Positions 49,097-58,267 of a stretch of 64,000 bases of DNA are shown in pieces; the first letter of the stretch is position 1; each line of letters opens with the position of its first letter. Origin of the DNA: an uncultured cyanobacterium (lineage in GTDB: Bacteria > Cyanobacteriota > Cyanobacteriia > Cyanobacteriales > CAWCAG01); NCBI GenBank assembly GCA_963793425.1, contig CAWCAG010000009.1, forward strand, positions 1,007,037 through 1,071,036, in the 5' to 3' direction. The notes beneath the pieces were generated by a model. It was not told the origin of the DNA, made no database searches, and saw only the letters and a program-made list of their open reading frames with translations. Made by a program: the position numbers and the translations under genes.

Positions 49097-49878
49097 ACTA
49101 ATTCTCCCCGCAAAACCGTCACAGCTTGCCCTGCTAAGAAAACGCGATTCCCGCCGTCGTAATTTACTTTAACTGTGCCGCCTCGCCTTGATGCTTGGTA
49201 AGCTAAAAACTCATCTTTTCCTAGGCGATCGCGCCAAAAAGGAGCCAAACAACAATGGGCGGCTCCCGTTACAGGATCTTCATTTATACCTAATTCTGGG
49301 GCAAAGAAGCGGGAAACAAAGTCATATTCTGAACCAGCACTAGTGACAATTACTTTTCCGAAAGAGAGCTTTTTTAATAAGCCAAAATTTGGTTGCATTT
49401 GTTTGACTAATGCTGCTGATTCTACTTCTACTAAATAACCTAAAGAATTTTGCCAAACTGATTGACAAGGGACTCCTAAAGCTTGAGATAATTCTGGTGG
49501 TGTAGGAATACTTTGAGAAGGATTTGCAGGAAAGTTTAATTCAATCCAATCACCCTGCCGGCGCGCAGTTAAGTCCCCACTCTTAGTATAAAAATAAGCT
49601 ACTTCTTCTAGGGGTAAATGTCCTTCACTCCAAAGGACATGGGCGCTAGCCAAAGTAGCATGACCACACAAAGGAACTTCCACCGTTGGGGTAAACCAAC
49701 GTAGATGATAACCTTTATTTTGGGGTAGTAAAAATGCTGTTTCTGATAAGTTCATTTCCGCTGCGACTTGTTGCATCCATTCCTCATCCCTGGCCCTGTC
49801 TAAAACACATACAGCCGCAGGATTGCCAGCAAAGACTTGGCTAGTAAACGCATCTACTTGAATGATAGTTTGTTTCAA
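49093..49878 (-). CDS. PhzF-family isomerase-like protein
   Basis: IIQVDAFTSQVFAGNPAAV...SETAFL...RWFTP..EV.LCGHATLA are typical PhzF blocks. A TTG start is assumed. Confidence 0.8.
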   Translation of the reverse strand: MKQTIIQVDAFTSQVFAGNPAAVCVLDRARDEEWMQQVAAEMNLSETAFLLPQNKGYHLRWFTPTVEVPLCGHATLASAHVLWSEGHLPLEEVAYFYTKSGDLTARRQGDWIELNFPANPSQSIPTPPELSQALGVPCQSVWQNSLGYLVEVESAALVKQMQPNFGLLKKLSFGKVIVTSAGSEYDFVSRFFAPELGINEDPVTGAAHCCLAPFWRDRLGKDEFLAYQASRRGGTVKVNYDGGNRVFLAGQAVTVLRGELV

Positions 49879-50103
49879 AATGTTTCCCCTGATTTAAGCA
49901 AAGTTTAGGCTATCAATATAGCAATTCTCTTACTTGTGAGATACAGCCTGGTTTTCGCTAACGGCTAATGGCTAATGGCTAGTAGCTAGGCAAGGAACAG
50001 AGTTAATAAATCCTTGGGCTTATAAGTATTGTTAAACCAACCAGAAACGACCTTATGCTTAATTGTATAAAGAAAATAGACTTGACAAAATTGAGGTAAT
50101 GGG

Positions 50104-52482
50104 TTGAAAAAAATTTTTGCTCGTATCATTCTTTTCTTCTATACAGTAGGCTTAGGGATTTTATTTACTTTCAATGCCTTACGTAAAAAAGCCCGCGCTA
50201 CCCATAAATATGGCGTAGGAGGAGCAGGAATTGCCAAAATTATTGATCATCCTCAATTCCCGGAACACGAATTTTTTCAGGCAGGCAGGGTTTTTCCTCT
50301 ACGCCTGCGTCATGCCACAGTAACTTATCCTGATGAGGCAGCTAAGGATATTCGTAGCGTTTCGCTTAAGTTTTCTGATCATGAGAAGGAAAGTCCTTTA
50401 GATATTGTCATGAATACTGCCCCCCAAACTTTCCGACATATTGTCGGTTTTTGGCGATTTGCTCTTAGTTCTATTCTGAAAAAGAAGCCTGATGAACCGG
50501 TTAGTTCTTTAGGATTAAAGGAATACTGTAATTATGACTCTCATCAGCGGCTAATTTTTACAACCGCTTTACGTCGCGCCCCTGAGAGCTTTACCCAAGT
50601 TTATTATCATTCTCAACTTGTCAACTATTTTAAGGCTGAAGATGGCAAAATCCGTTATGTAAAATATCGCTTAATACCAGAAAATCGGGGGAAAGAGTCT
50701 GGTTTGCAAAGTGAAGAAGATGCCCAAACTCCTTGGTTACAAAAACGTTATCCTCAAGAAAAGAAGCGCCAAGATTATTTAAGTTTAGAATATATTGAAA
50801 GGGCCTCTAAAGAACCGATTATCTACCACCTACAACTACGTCTCCATGAAGATACAGGGGATGTAAAAGAGATTTGTCGCCAGGATCGGCCATGGAGTGA
50901 GGAGACTTCCCCTTGGTTAGACTTAGCCACCGTTACTATTCAGCGTCCGCTTACTTTCCAAGAAACAGAAAAACTCACCTTTAATATTGGGACTCAACCT
51001 CCATCTTTGGGTATAGTAGATGGCAAGTCTATCTATGACCCTAACTCCATTAATTATGCGCGTACTCGCGTTTATGGATTTTCTCAAGCAGTTCGCTACA
51101 TTATCTACAAAATGAGTAAGTTCAAAAATCCTAAAGAAGAGTTTGTTTATCATGGGCAACCGGGTAAAGATTTACCCCGTTTTGACTTTAATAAAAAGTT
51201 GCCTAAACGAGTAGATGTCACCAAGAAATATAAGGCACAGGTAGGTTTAAATCTTCTCCCTGCTGTTAAAATTCTTAAATTTATTCCTATATTAGGTATT
51301 GTTGGTAGCGAGAAAATGATGGGGGCAAAAGCACCTAAATGGATGCCCACAAATTTAACTCGCTGTCGTTTAGATCGAGATAGTGATGAATTTTTTGTTG
51401 AACGCCGCCTTAATGGTTTCAATCCCGGCAAAATTAATCTTGAAAAGGATGCCAGTAAGGAGTGGCAATATTACGTTAGATACGATTGTAGTAAGTATGA
51501 AGTTGAGCCGGCAGGAATTTTACCCCAGGTAACAGAGGCACGCTTTCAGTTAATAGATGAAGAATTAAAAGTTCACTCTATTGAATATACTTTGCAAAAG
51601 GAAACAAAAACCGTTTTCCCTAGCGAAAAAGATTGGAGTTTTGCTAAACGCCTTTTCCGCAGTGCCGAGTTTGTTTTCCAAGAAATTCAATCCCATTTAG
51701 GGCGTACCCATATGAATATGGATCAGTACGCTATGGCTTTTTATCGCAATATTGTTGATAATCCGATCAAGTCTCTTTTAGAACCCCATTTTGAAGGTTT
51801 AATTAGTATTGATAAAAATGGTGCAACTTCAATTCTCGGTTACGAAGGATTCATCCCTCAAGCTTCTGTCCTCACCAGCGATGACGTACATCGCCTTTTA
51901 ATTGAAGAGGTGAGTCAGCTAAGTTACAAATGGACACCAGAGGTTATTAAACTCCCAGATTATATCAAGAATAACTATTTCGACCCTGCCGCTAGTGCCA
52001 TGTGGGGAATTATTGAAGAATATGTGGGAGAGTTTTTCGCTCAAAACGAAAATGCTATCAAACATTATTGGTCAGAAGTTGTCGGAATGTCTGAGGATTT
52101 GGTTAAACATTCTATCCTCGAATCCACTTCAAAAACCTTAGCAGTTAATAATATAAATGAGCTTAAACAATTATGCGTTTATGTTATTTACCACAACACT
52201 TTTGTCCATTCCTGGGTTAATAATAAACAATACGATGATGGTGGCGATGTAGAGTATACACCTTTCGGTTTATGGGATGAGAATCATCCTAGTTATGATG
52301 TTAAAACTGAAGCGAAAAGACAGGCGAAACAAACGATTTTGATGTGGACTCTTTCTAATGTCCGTTACAACCCCATAATGGATGTAGGACCAGGAAATTT
52401 AAAAGAGTTACTTTGGCAGCACCGTCAAGAAATTGAACCAGGTATTGCCCTTGCTGATTTGATGATGAGTATTCATATTTAA
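50104..52482 (+). CDS. Catalase-related hemoprotein (allene-oxide-synthase-like) fused to a mini-lipoxygenase
   Basis: The N-terminal half has catalase-type distal RATHKYGVGGAG, FPLRLRHATV, and proximal-Tyr block RTRVYGFSQAVR. The C-terminal half has lipoxygenase iron ligands SHLGRTH (H-x4-H), VHSWVN (H-x3-N) and a C-terminal Ile (..MMSIHI*). TTG start; the N-terminus is hydrophobic. Confidence 0.8.
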   Translation: MKKIFARIILFFYTVGLGILFTFNALRKKARATHKYGVGGAGIAKIIDHPQFPEHEFFQAGRVFPLRLRHATVTYPDEAAKDIRSVSLKFSDHEKESPLDIVMNTAPQTFRHIVGFWRFALSSILKKKPDEPVSSLGLKEYCNYDSHQRLIFTTALRRAPESFTQVYYHSQLVNYFKAEDGKIRYVKYRLIPENRGKESGLQSEEDAQTPWLQKRYPQEKKRQDYLSLEYIERASKEPIIYHLQLRLHEDTGDVKEICRQDRPWSEETSPWLDLATVTIQRPLTFQETEKLTFNIGTQPPSLGIVDGKSIYDPNSINYARTRVYGFSQAVRYIIYKMSKFKNPKEEFVYHGQPGKDLPRFDFNKKLPKRVDVTKKYKAQVGLNLLPAVKILKFIPILGIVGSEKMMGAKAPKWMPTNLTRCRLDRDSDEFFVERRLNGFNPGKINLEKDASKEWQYYVRYDCSKYEVEPAGILPQVTEARFQLIDEELKVHSIEYTLQKETKTVFPSEKDWSFAKRLFRSAEFVFQEIQSHLGRTHMNMDQYAMAFYRNIVDNPIKSLLEPHFEGLISIDKNGATSILGYEGFIPQASVLTSDDVHRLLIEEVSQLSYKWTPEVIKLPDYIKNNYFDPAASAMWGIIEEYVGEFFAQNENAIKHYWSEVVGMSEDLVKHSILESTSKTLAVNNINELKQLCVYVIYHNTFVHSWVNNKQYDDGGDVEYTPFGLWDENHPSYDVKTEAKRQAKQTILMWTLSNVRYNPIMDVGPGNLKELLWQHRQEIEPGIALADLMMSIHI

Positions 52483-52593
52483 ACTACACTTCACAGGAAA
52501 AATTCGTGATTAAGCTTAGACGAACAGAAACGCACTGTTAAAAAAAATAAGCAGGAGGGAATCGCCTTTCCCGTAATTTCTCGCAAAACGGAA

Positions 52594-52627
52594 TAAAAAA
52601 ATCTCCCTAGTTTAGAACTGGGAGATT
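52594..52627 (-). terminator. Intrinsic terminator downstream of the RNA-binding protein gene
   Basis: The minus strand reads ATCTCCCAG-loop-CTAGGGAGAT followed by TTTTTTTATT. Confidence 0.6.
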
Positions 52628-52724
52628 TATAAGGGTTGAGGTTAGAGAAGTCAGTTGAACTTCTCTAAAAGTAGTTAGCTACTTGGTTCCTCGAAGAGTT
52701 GATTTTAAAATTCAACAAGCATTT

Positions 52725-53009
52725 CTAGAAACGGTTGTTTCGACGACCGCCGCCACCTCTATTTTCTTCACGAGGTTTAGCTTTATTAACTTTTAGGACA
52801 CGATCCATCCACTCTGCGCCATCTAGAGCGCTAATGGCTTCATCTTCGTTGGCTTCGGATTCCATCTCGACGAAAGCAAACCCGCGCATACGACCTGTTT
52901 CGCGATCGCTAGGAATATGAACCCGCTTAACGGTTCCATACTCGGCAAAGACTTCATTTAAGTCTTCTTGCTTAACTTCGTAAGATAAATTGCCTACATA
53001 AATCGACAT
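52725..53009 (-). CDS. RRM-type RNA-binding protein with glycine/arginine tail
   Basis: RNP2 IYVGNL and RNP1 RGFAFVEM. C-terminal tail RGGGGRRNNRF. Confidence 0.95.
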   Translation of the reverse strand: MSIYVGNLSYEVKQEDLNEVFAEYGTVKRVHIPSDRETGRMRGFAFVEMESEANEDEAISALDGAEWMDRVLKVNKAKPREENRGGGGRRNNRF

Positions 53010-53376
53010 ATTTTGTTTGTCTTCTCAGTGAGTGTTGTGTTTAGAGAGACAGAATTATTCAGAAAGCAATAGCTCAATACTTTACGGAAAAAACCTTTAG
53101 ATACTGGATGCAAACTTAATCGTCAATAATTATGATTCTCAGTCTAAATAGTAACACTTTTATCGATGAAAACACACCATTCTATTTTTTCTAATGATTT
53201 GTTTAGATTTTGAGTGCTGAAAAAAAAATATAGTTCTCTGTTTTCGCTATCCAAAACTACAGCGACGTAAAGGTTTCGCTGTGGCGTGATCGGAGCAAAT
53301 AGCGATCGCGAGATGAACCATAACGATCCCCCGTGAACCGAAACTATAATCGTAAGAAAGCTTTGGAGAGAAATTG

Positions 53377-53601
53377 ATGACATTGCAGGAGTTGCAAAAG
53401 CAAGCATTACAGTTGTCAATTGGCAATCGCTGGCGTTTAGTTCAATCCTTGCTTGGCTCAATTAAACAAGAAACCTTACTATTTGGTTCTCCAAACCTAA
53501 ATATGAATTTGGTTACTGGGCTTGTTCCCTGGACTCAAGGCTTAATCGGCACTATTTGGCTAAGCCCAGAAGAACTAACAAAATCCTATATAGCAAAGTA
53601 G
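53377..53601 (+). CDS. Antitoxin-like addiction-module component, copy A (C-terminally divergent/truncated)
   Basis: MTLQELQKQALQLSIGNRWRLVQSLLGSIKQETL... is near-identical to the first ~35 aa of ORF 55883. It lacks the C-terminal domain of copy B and has no toxin partner. Confidence 0.55.
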   Translation: MTLQELQKQALQLSIGNRWRLVQSLLGSIKQETLLFGSPNLNMNLVTGLVPWTQGLIGTIWLSPEELTKSYIAK

Positions 53602-53613
53602 CCCTAGACAAAG

Positions 53614-54267
53614 ATGAAGCCAATTTTGAACATTGAAGGCTTGTGTAGTGAGGCTGCCAAGCTTGCTGAAATAGAATCTTTATACAACGAGCCTACAATT
53701 TACGGTGTAACAGATGGAAAAGCTGTTGGAACTTATTTTGAACATAAGTTTAAAGCTTATTTATCTGAAAACTACAGTTATCAACCAGGTAATTCAGCTT
53801 CAGGCATTGATATTCCTAGTCTTGAAGTTGATATAAAAGTAACAAGTATTAAACAGCCGCAATCATCTTGTCCTTTCAAGTCAGCAACTCAAAAAGTATT
53901 TGGACTAGGACATCATCTTTTAGTTTTTGTTTATGAGAAATATGATGATCATGCCAATAAAACTGGAAGGTTAAATATGCAGCACACAATTTTCATAGAT
54001 AAAAGTAGAACAGCAGATTTTCAGACAACTAAAGGCATCATAGACATTCTCAATCGAGATGGTAATAAAGATGACATAATTGCTTTTATAATGGAGAGAA
54101 ATTTGCCTGTTGATGACATTGGTGCAAATCAGTTAGGTGAAAGAATATTAGAATCGCCTCCAAATCTGGGCTACTTAACAATTTCCAATGCTCTTCAATG
54201 GAGATTGCAATACAGTCGAGTTATTCAGCAAGCTGGTAGTATTTCAGGCATAATTAGAGTTCGATAA
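53614..54267 (+). CDS. Putative type II restriction endonuclease (PD-(D/E)XK)
   Basis: Candidate catalytic core SGIDIPSLEVDIKVTS (D...D/E-x-K). It ends 3 nt before the methyltransferase gene on the same strand. Confidence 0.55.
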   Translation: MKPILNIEGLCSEAAKLAEIESLYNEPTIYGVTDGKAVGTYFEHKFKAYLSENYSYQPGNSASGIDIPSLEVDIKVTSIKQPQSSCPFKSATQKVFGLGHHLLVFVYEKYDDHANKTGRLNMQHTIFIDKSRTADFQTTKGIIDILNRDGNKDDIIAFIMERNLPVDDIGANQLGERILESPPNLGYLTISNALQWRLQYSRVIQQAGSISGIIRVR

Positions 54268-54270
54268 ATA

Positions 54271-55788
54271 ATGGTGAAAAAAATATCAGATAAGTGGCAG
54301 TTTGGCGACTTTCAAACTCCTAATAATCTTGCTAACAAAGTAGTAAAAATTCTCAGGTTAAATCATAAAATAGCACCACAAGTTATTATTGAGCCATGCT
54401 GCGGTCAAGGAGTATTTGTTAAAGTAGCTCTCAAAGAGTTTAAAAAAGCAAAAATAATTGGCTTAGATATTAATGAAAAGTATGTTGAAGAAGCAATAAA
54501 TTCTATATCTAAATACCCGAATTCAGAAAATGCTATTGTAGAAAAGTCTGACTTTTTTAACACTGATTGGCAGGATCTAATTTCTCAACAATTGGGTTAT
54601 ATTTTAATAATTGGTAATCCTCCTTGGGTTACAAGCAGTGAACTAAGTGTTCTTAATAGTCAAAATCTTCCGGCTAAATCGAACTTTCATAATAGGCGAG
54701 GTATTGAAGCTATAACAGGTTCAGGAAACTTTGATATTTCTGAGTGGATGCTTCTACAACAGGTCGAATGGTTATCAAAAAGAGAAGGTACTATAGCTAC
54801 TTTATGCAAGTTCTCTGTGGCTAGAAAGGTCATGCTTAAAGTGAGAAAAAAGTTAGGAAGTAGATTTTCTACTTGTGTTTATTTAATAGATGCAAAAGCC
54901 TATTTCGGAGTATCAGTAGAAGCTTGCTTATTTGTTTTATCAACTAATAAAAATGAGGTTGATTGCGAAGTTTATGGAAATTTAGAAGCGGAGAAGCCAT
55001 CTTATACAATTGGACAAAGAGATGGGCTAATGCTCAAGGATACAGTTAAATATGAGAAGTGGAGACATTTATTAGGTCAAAATTTGAGATATGTATGGCG
55101 TTCTGGAGTTAAACACGACTGTTCTAAAATAATGGAACTAGAACGAGTTAATGATACTTTATTCCAAAATGGATTAGGAGAAAAATATATTTTAGAAGAA
55201 GACTACTTATATCCTCTTTTGAAAAGCTCAGATATTGGCAATGGTAGAACTGATTATTACCGGAAACTTGTTTTAATTACCCAGCAGGCAGTCGGAGAAG
55301 ATACAAGCCTTATTCAACATAAAGCACCTCAAACCTGGCAATATTTACTTGAACATAAAAAGTTCTTTGAAAATAGAAAAAGTTCAATTTATAAAAATAA
55401 GCCATCATATTCTATTTTTGGCGTTGGCCCTTATTCTTTCAAAAGCTGGAAAGTGGCAATTTCAGGATTTTATAAAAGATTAAATTTTTGTCTTATTCAT
55501 CCTTTAGATGGAAAACCAGTTATATTTGATGATACTGTTAATTTTTTATCTTTTGATACTGAAGAAGAAGCAAAGTTTATATTTAACCTGGTTACATCGC
55601 CTCCTTCGTTAGAGTTTCTCGATTATATGATTTTTTGGGATGAAAAAAGACCAATAACTATAGATATTCTAAAGCGATTATCCCTTAAAGCTGTTGCTAA
55701 AGAATTGGGTGTTTTGGAAGAATATCTACATTGGGCTAAGGCTATTCAGATTAATGCTACAGGTCAGTTAGAGTTGGGGTTAGCATGA
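54271..55788 (+). CDS. N6-adenine DNA methyltransferase, gamma-type motif order
   Basis: AdoMet motif I IIEPCCGQGVFV precedes catalytic motif IV IIGNPPWVTS. A large C-terminal region probably acts as the target-recognition domain. Confidence 0.8.
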   Translation: MVKKISDKWQFGDFQTPNNLANKVVKILRLNHKIAPQVIIEPCCGQGVFVKVALKEFKKAKIIGLDINEKYVEEAINSISKYPNSENAIVEKSDFFNTDWQDLISQQLGYILIIGNPPWVTSSELSVLNSQNLPAKSNFHNRRGIEAITGSGNFDISEWMLLQQVEWLSKREGTIATLCKFSVARKVMLKVRKKLGSRFSTCVYLIDAKAYFGVSVEACLFVLSTNKNEVDCEVYGNLEAEKPSYTIGQRDGLMLKDTVKYEKWRHLLGQNLRYVWRSGVKHDCSKIMELERVNDTLFQNGLGEKYILEEDYLYPLLKSSDIGNGRTDYYRKLVLITQQAVGEDTSLIQHKAPQTWQYLLEHKKFFENRKSSIYKNKPSYSIFGVGPYSFKSWKVAISGFYKRLNFCLIHPLDGKPVIFDDTVNFLSFDTEEEAKFIFNLVTSPPSLEFLDYMIFWDEKRPITIDILKRLSLKAVAKELGVLEEYLHWAKAIQINATGQLELGLA

Positions 55789-55882
55789 TTAGTGAATAGG
55801 AGACTAAATGCAAGTGTTCGTAACTATCGTGCCTTGAGAAGAAACCGTTTACAATAATCCCAAAAGCTGTGGAGAGGAACTG

Positions 55883-56383
55883 ATGACATTACAGGAATTA
55901 CAAAATCAGGTATTACAATTGTCAGTTGGAGATCGCTGGCATTTAGTTCAATCCTTGCTTGGCTCAATTAAACAAGAAACCCTATCATTGAATTCCTCAG
56001 ACTCAAGTGGCAATGAAATTTCAGGACTTAATCCTTGGAGGCAAAGCTTAATAGGCTTAATTCAGCCAAGCCCAGAAAACCAGACCACTCCCTATGACCT
56101 AACTTTAGAACTAAGTGATCAGGTTTTTGCTGCTATTATGCAACAAGCCCAAGCAGTTGGTGTTTCTCCGGAAAGATTAGCAACAACTTTACTTGAGAAG
56201 GAATTTAGTCAAGCTTTTAAGTTATTTAAAAGTGAGGCTGAAAAAGGTGCAGCACGAGCAAGATTTGAGGCTCATTTTGGTACATTAGAATCAAGTGATT
56301 TAATGAGTTTAGATAATGAGAGTATCGATGCTGATTTAGCTAGAGAATATGCCAGTAAGCATGAAGAAGAGTATGCTTCTTGA
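55883..56383 (+). CDS. Antitoxin-like addiction-module component, copy B (full length, partner of PIN toxin)
   Basis: N-terminus MTLQELQNQVLQLSVGDRWHLVQSLLGSIKQETL, with an acidic C-terminus. Its 3' end overlaps the PIN gene start. Confidence 0.65.
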   Translation: MTLQELQNQVLQLSVGDRWHLVQSLLGSIKQETLSLNSSDSSGNEISGLNPWRQSLIGLIQPSPENQTTPYDLTLELSDQVFAAIMQQAQAVGVSPERLATTLLEKEFSQAFKLFKSEAEKGAARARFEAHFGTLESSDLMSLDNESIDADLAREYASKHEEEYAS

Positions 56384-56774
56384 TACATCTGGACTTCTCT
56401 GTCTGCAATTTTTAACTGAACCATTTCATACCCAAGCTTGTACCGAGTATCAGAAGGCAACTAATAGATTAACTCATAATTACATCATTGCTGAGTATGT
56501 AGCACTTGCTAATGCGAGACGCTTTTCGCGATCTTCTGTTCTTAATTTTATTGTTGATTTGTTAAGTAATCCAGACATAGAAACTGTGTGGATTGATGAA
56601 TCTTTAAATAGAGAAGCAGTTGAGCTATTGATTGCACGACCAGACAAATCTTATTCTCTGTGTGATGCTGTTAGCTTCGTTTTGATGCGTCAACGTGGAA
56701 TTACTAAGGCACTGACAACTGACCGTCATTTTGAGCAAGAAGGTTTTGTTAGACTCTTGCAGTTATCTATTTGA
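56361..56774 (+). CDS. vapC: PIN-domain ribonuclease toxin (VapC-like)
   Basis: Acidic quartet context: LLDTSGL, IIAEYVAL, SLCDAVSF, TTDRHFEQ. The start is ATG 56361 or 56373, overlapping the antitoxin stop. Confidence 0.75.
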   Translation: MKKSMLLDTSGLLCLQFLTEPFHTQACTEYQKATNRLTHNYIIAEYVALANARRFSRSSVLNFIVDLLSNPDIETVWIDESLNREAVELLIARPDKSYSLCDAVSFVLMRQRGITKALTTDRHFEQEGFVRLLQLSI

Positions 56775-56854
56775 GCAATTCTCTTTCCTATCGATTTATA
56801 CAAACTCCATAAAGCTATACTCATAGATGAAATAGCTGATCATAAACGCTTCCC

Positions 56855-58093
56855 ATGGAAAATGAGGCTCGAAGTATTCCTTCTTGGCTAGAAGAAAGTC
56901 CAGGCTCAAAAGTTAAGCCTCCCGTTCAAACAAAAATTCAAGAACTACCATTTGATAAATTAACCTGGGAGAATTTTGAAAGACTATGCTTACGTTTAGT
57001 CAGGAAAGAAGCAAACGTAGAGCATTGTCAACTGTATGGTCAACGAGGCGATAATCAAGAGGGCATTGATATCTATGCGAGATTGCTGGATAGAGACAAA
57101 TATACTGTCTATCAGTGTAAACGAGAGAAGAACTTTGGCCCTGCAAAAATCAAATCAGCAGTCGATAAATTCCTAAAGGGTAAATGGGCTAAACGAACAA
57201 ACTGTTTCGTATTATGCACTCAAGAAAGCTTAAGACACAAAAACCGTGCTGATGAATTTAAAAGCCAAAGTGAAAAGCTCAGAAATGAAGGAATTTCTTT
57301 CATTGCCTGGGATGAGGATTATCTATCTAACACGCTCAAAAATTATCCTGATATTGTAGAAGACTTCTTTGGTAAGCCTTGGGTAAATGCTTTCTGTAGT
57401 AAGACACAAGTAGATAATGTCAGCAACGAATCAGAAAAAGATATTTGTGTTGAGGAATATCAATTATGGCTTGCGAAGAAAACATCTTCCTTTGTGATTC
57501 CGACGTTAGGTAAAACATTTTCTATAGCTACTGATTGGTTGCCGAGAAAAGCACTTTGCATTCAAGCAGATAAAGAAAGTTTTGATGTAGAACTAATTAC
57601 AGAACTATATAAACGTTGCCTTATAATAGGCAATTCTGCTAGTGGTAAAAGTACGCTTGTCCGAAGATTGGCAAACTGTTTGACTCAGAAAAGAAAGAAA
57701 GTTTTGCTAGTACGTCTGCCAGATGTACTTCGTTTATATCAGCAAGGAAAGACCTTTACTGATGCTATTTTAGATTGCTCTATTGATGGTTCAAATATTG
57801 ACCATTCTTTATTACGATTAGCGCTTAATAATCCTGACTACTTGTTAGCAGATGGTTTAGATGAATGTAATACAGATAGAGCAGACATTGCTAGAAAATT
57901 GATGTCTTGGGCGGATGGTCATTCAACAACTAGAGTTATAGTAGCCAGTCGAAAAAATTGTATACCGGAATCGTTATCGAATTGGCCACAATTGGAATTA
58001 CAGCAACTCAATAAAGAGGAGATTCAGAAATTCTTTTCAAAGATTTTGAGTGCTGCTTCAGAAGAAAAATCGAAGCTTGAGGAAAAGTTATAG
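56855..58093 (+). CDS. Mrr-type restriction-nuclease domain + NACHT/STAND P-loop NTPase, N-terminal part of a split NLR-like gene
   Basis: Nuclease block WENFERLCLRLV...GDNQEGIDIYA...YTVYQCK. Walker A IIGNSASGKSTLV, Walker B DYLLADGLDECN, and RVIVASRK. It ends at TAG 58091-93. Confidence 0.75.
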   Translation: MENEARSIPSWLEESPGSKVKPPVQTKIQELPFDKLTWENFERLCLRLVRKEANVEHCQLYGQRGDNQEGIDIYARLLDRDKYTVYQCKREKNFGPAKIKSAVDKFLKGKWAKRTNCFVLCTQESLRHKNRADEFKSQSEKLRNEGISFIAWDEDYLSNTLKNYPDIVEDFFGKPWVNAFCSKTQVDNVSNESEKDICVEEYQLWLAKKTSSFVIPTLGKTFSIATDWLPRKALCIQADKESFDVELITELYKRCLIIGNSASGKSTLVRRLANCLTQKRKKVLLVRLPDVLRLYQQGKTFTDAILDCSIDGSNIDHSLLRLALNNPDYLLADGLDECNTDRADIARKLMSWADGHSTTRVIVASRKNCIPESLSNWPQLELQQLNKEEIQKFFSKILSAASEEKSKLEEKL

Positions 58094-58267
58094 CCTTTCT
58101 CGGACTGATGAGGTACATTTCCACTAGCCACTAGCCAAAGCGCAAAAACCAGGCTGTACCTCACTAGCCTAAGAATCGCTATAGCACTAATTGAAACAAT
58201 TTTCCAAAACGAAAAAACATTATCTCTAGCACAGGAAAGTCCTCTCCTAGCTGGTTTTATTATTAGA

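Noticed and set aside
53144-53461. 105-aa minus-strand ORF in the rbp upstream region
   Set aside because: It overlaps the antitoxin copy A start on the other strand and the AT-rich leader of rbp. It has no motif. It is probably just an open frame in intergenic DNA.
58103-58162. CTGATGA followed by a hairpin, reminiscent of a hammerhead ribozyme core
   Set aside because: No GAAA element follows stem II. No stem III or cleavage-site context can be drawn. The loop is occupied by heptamer repeats.
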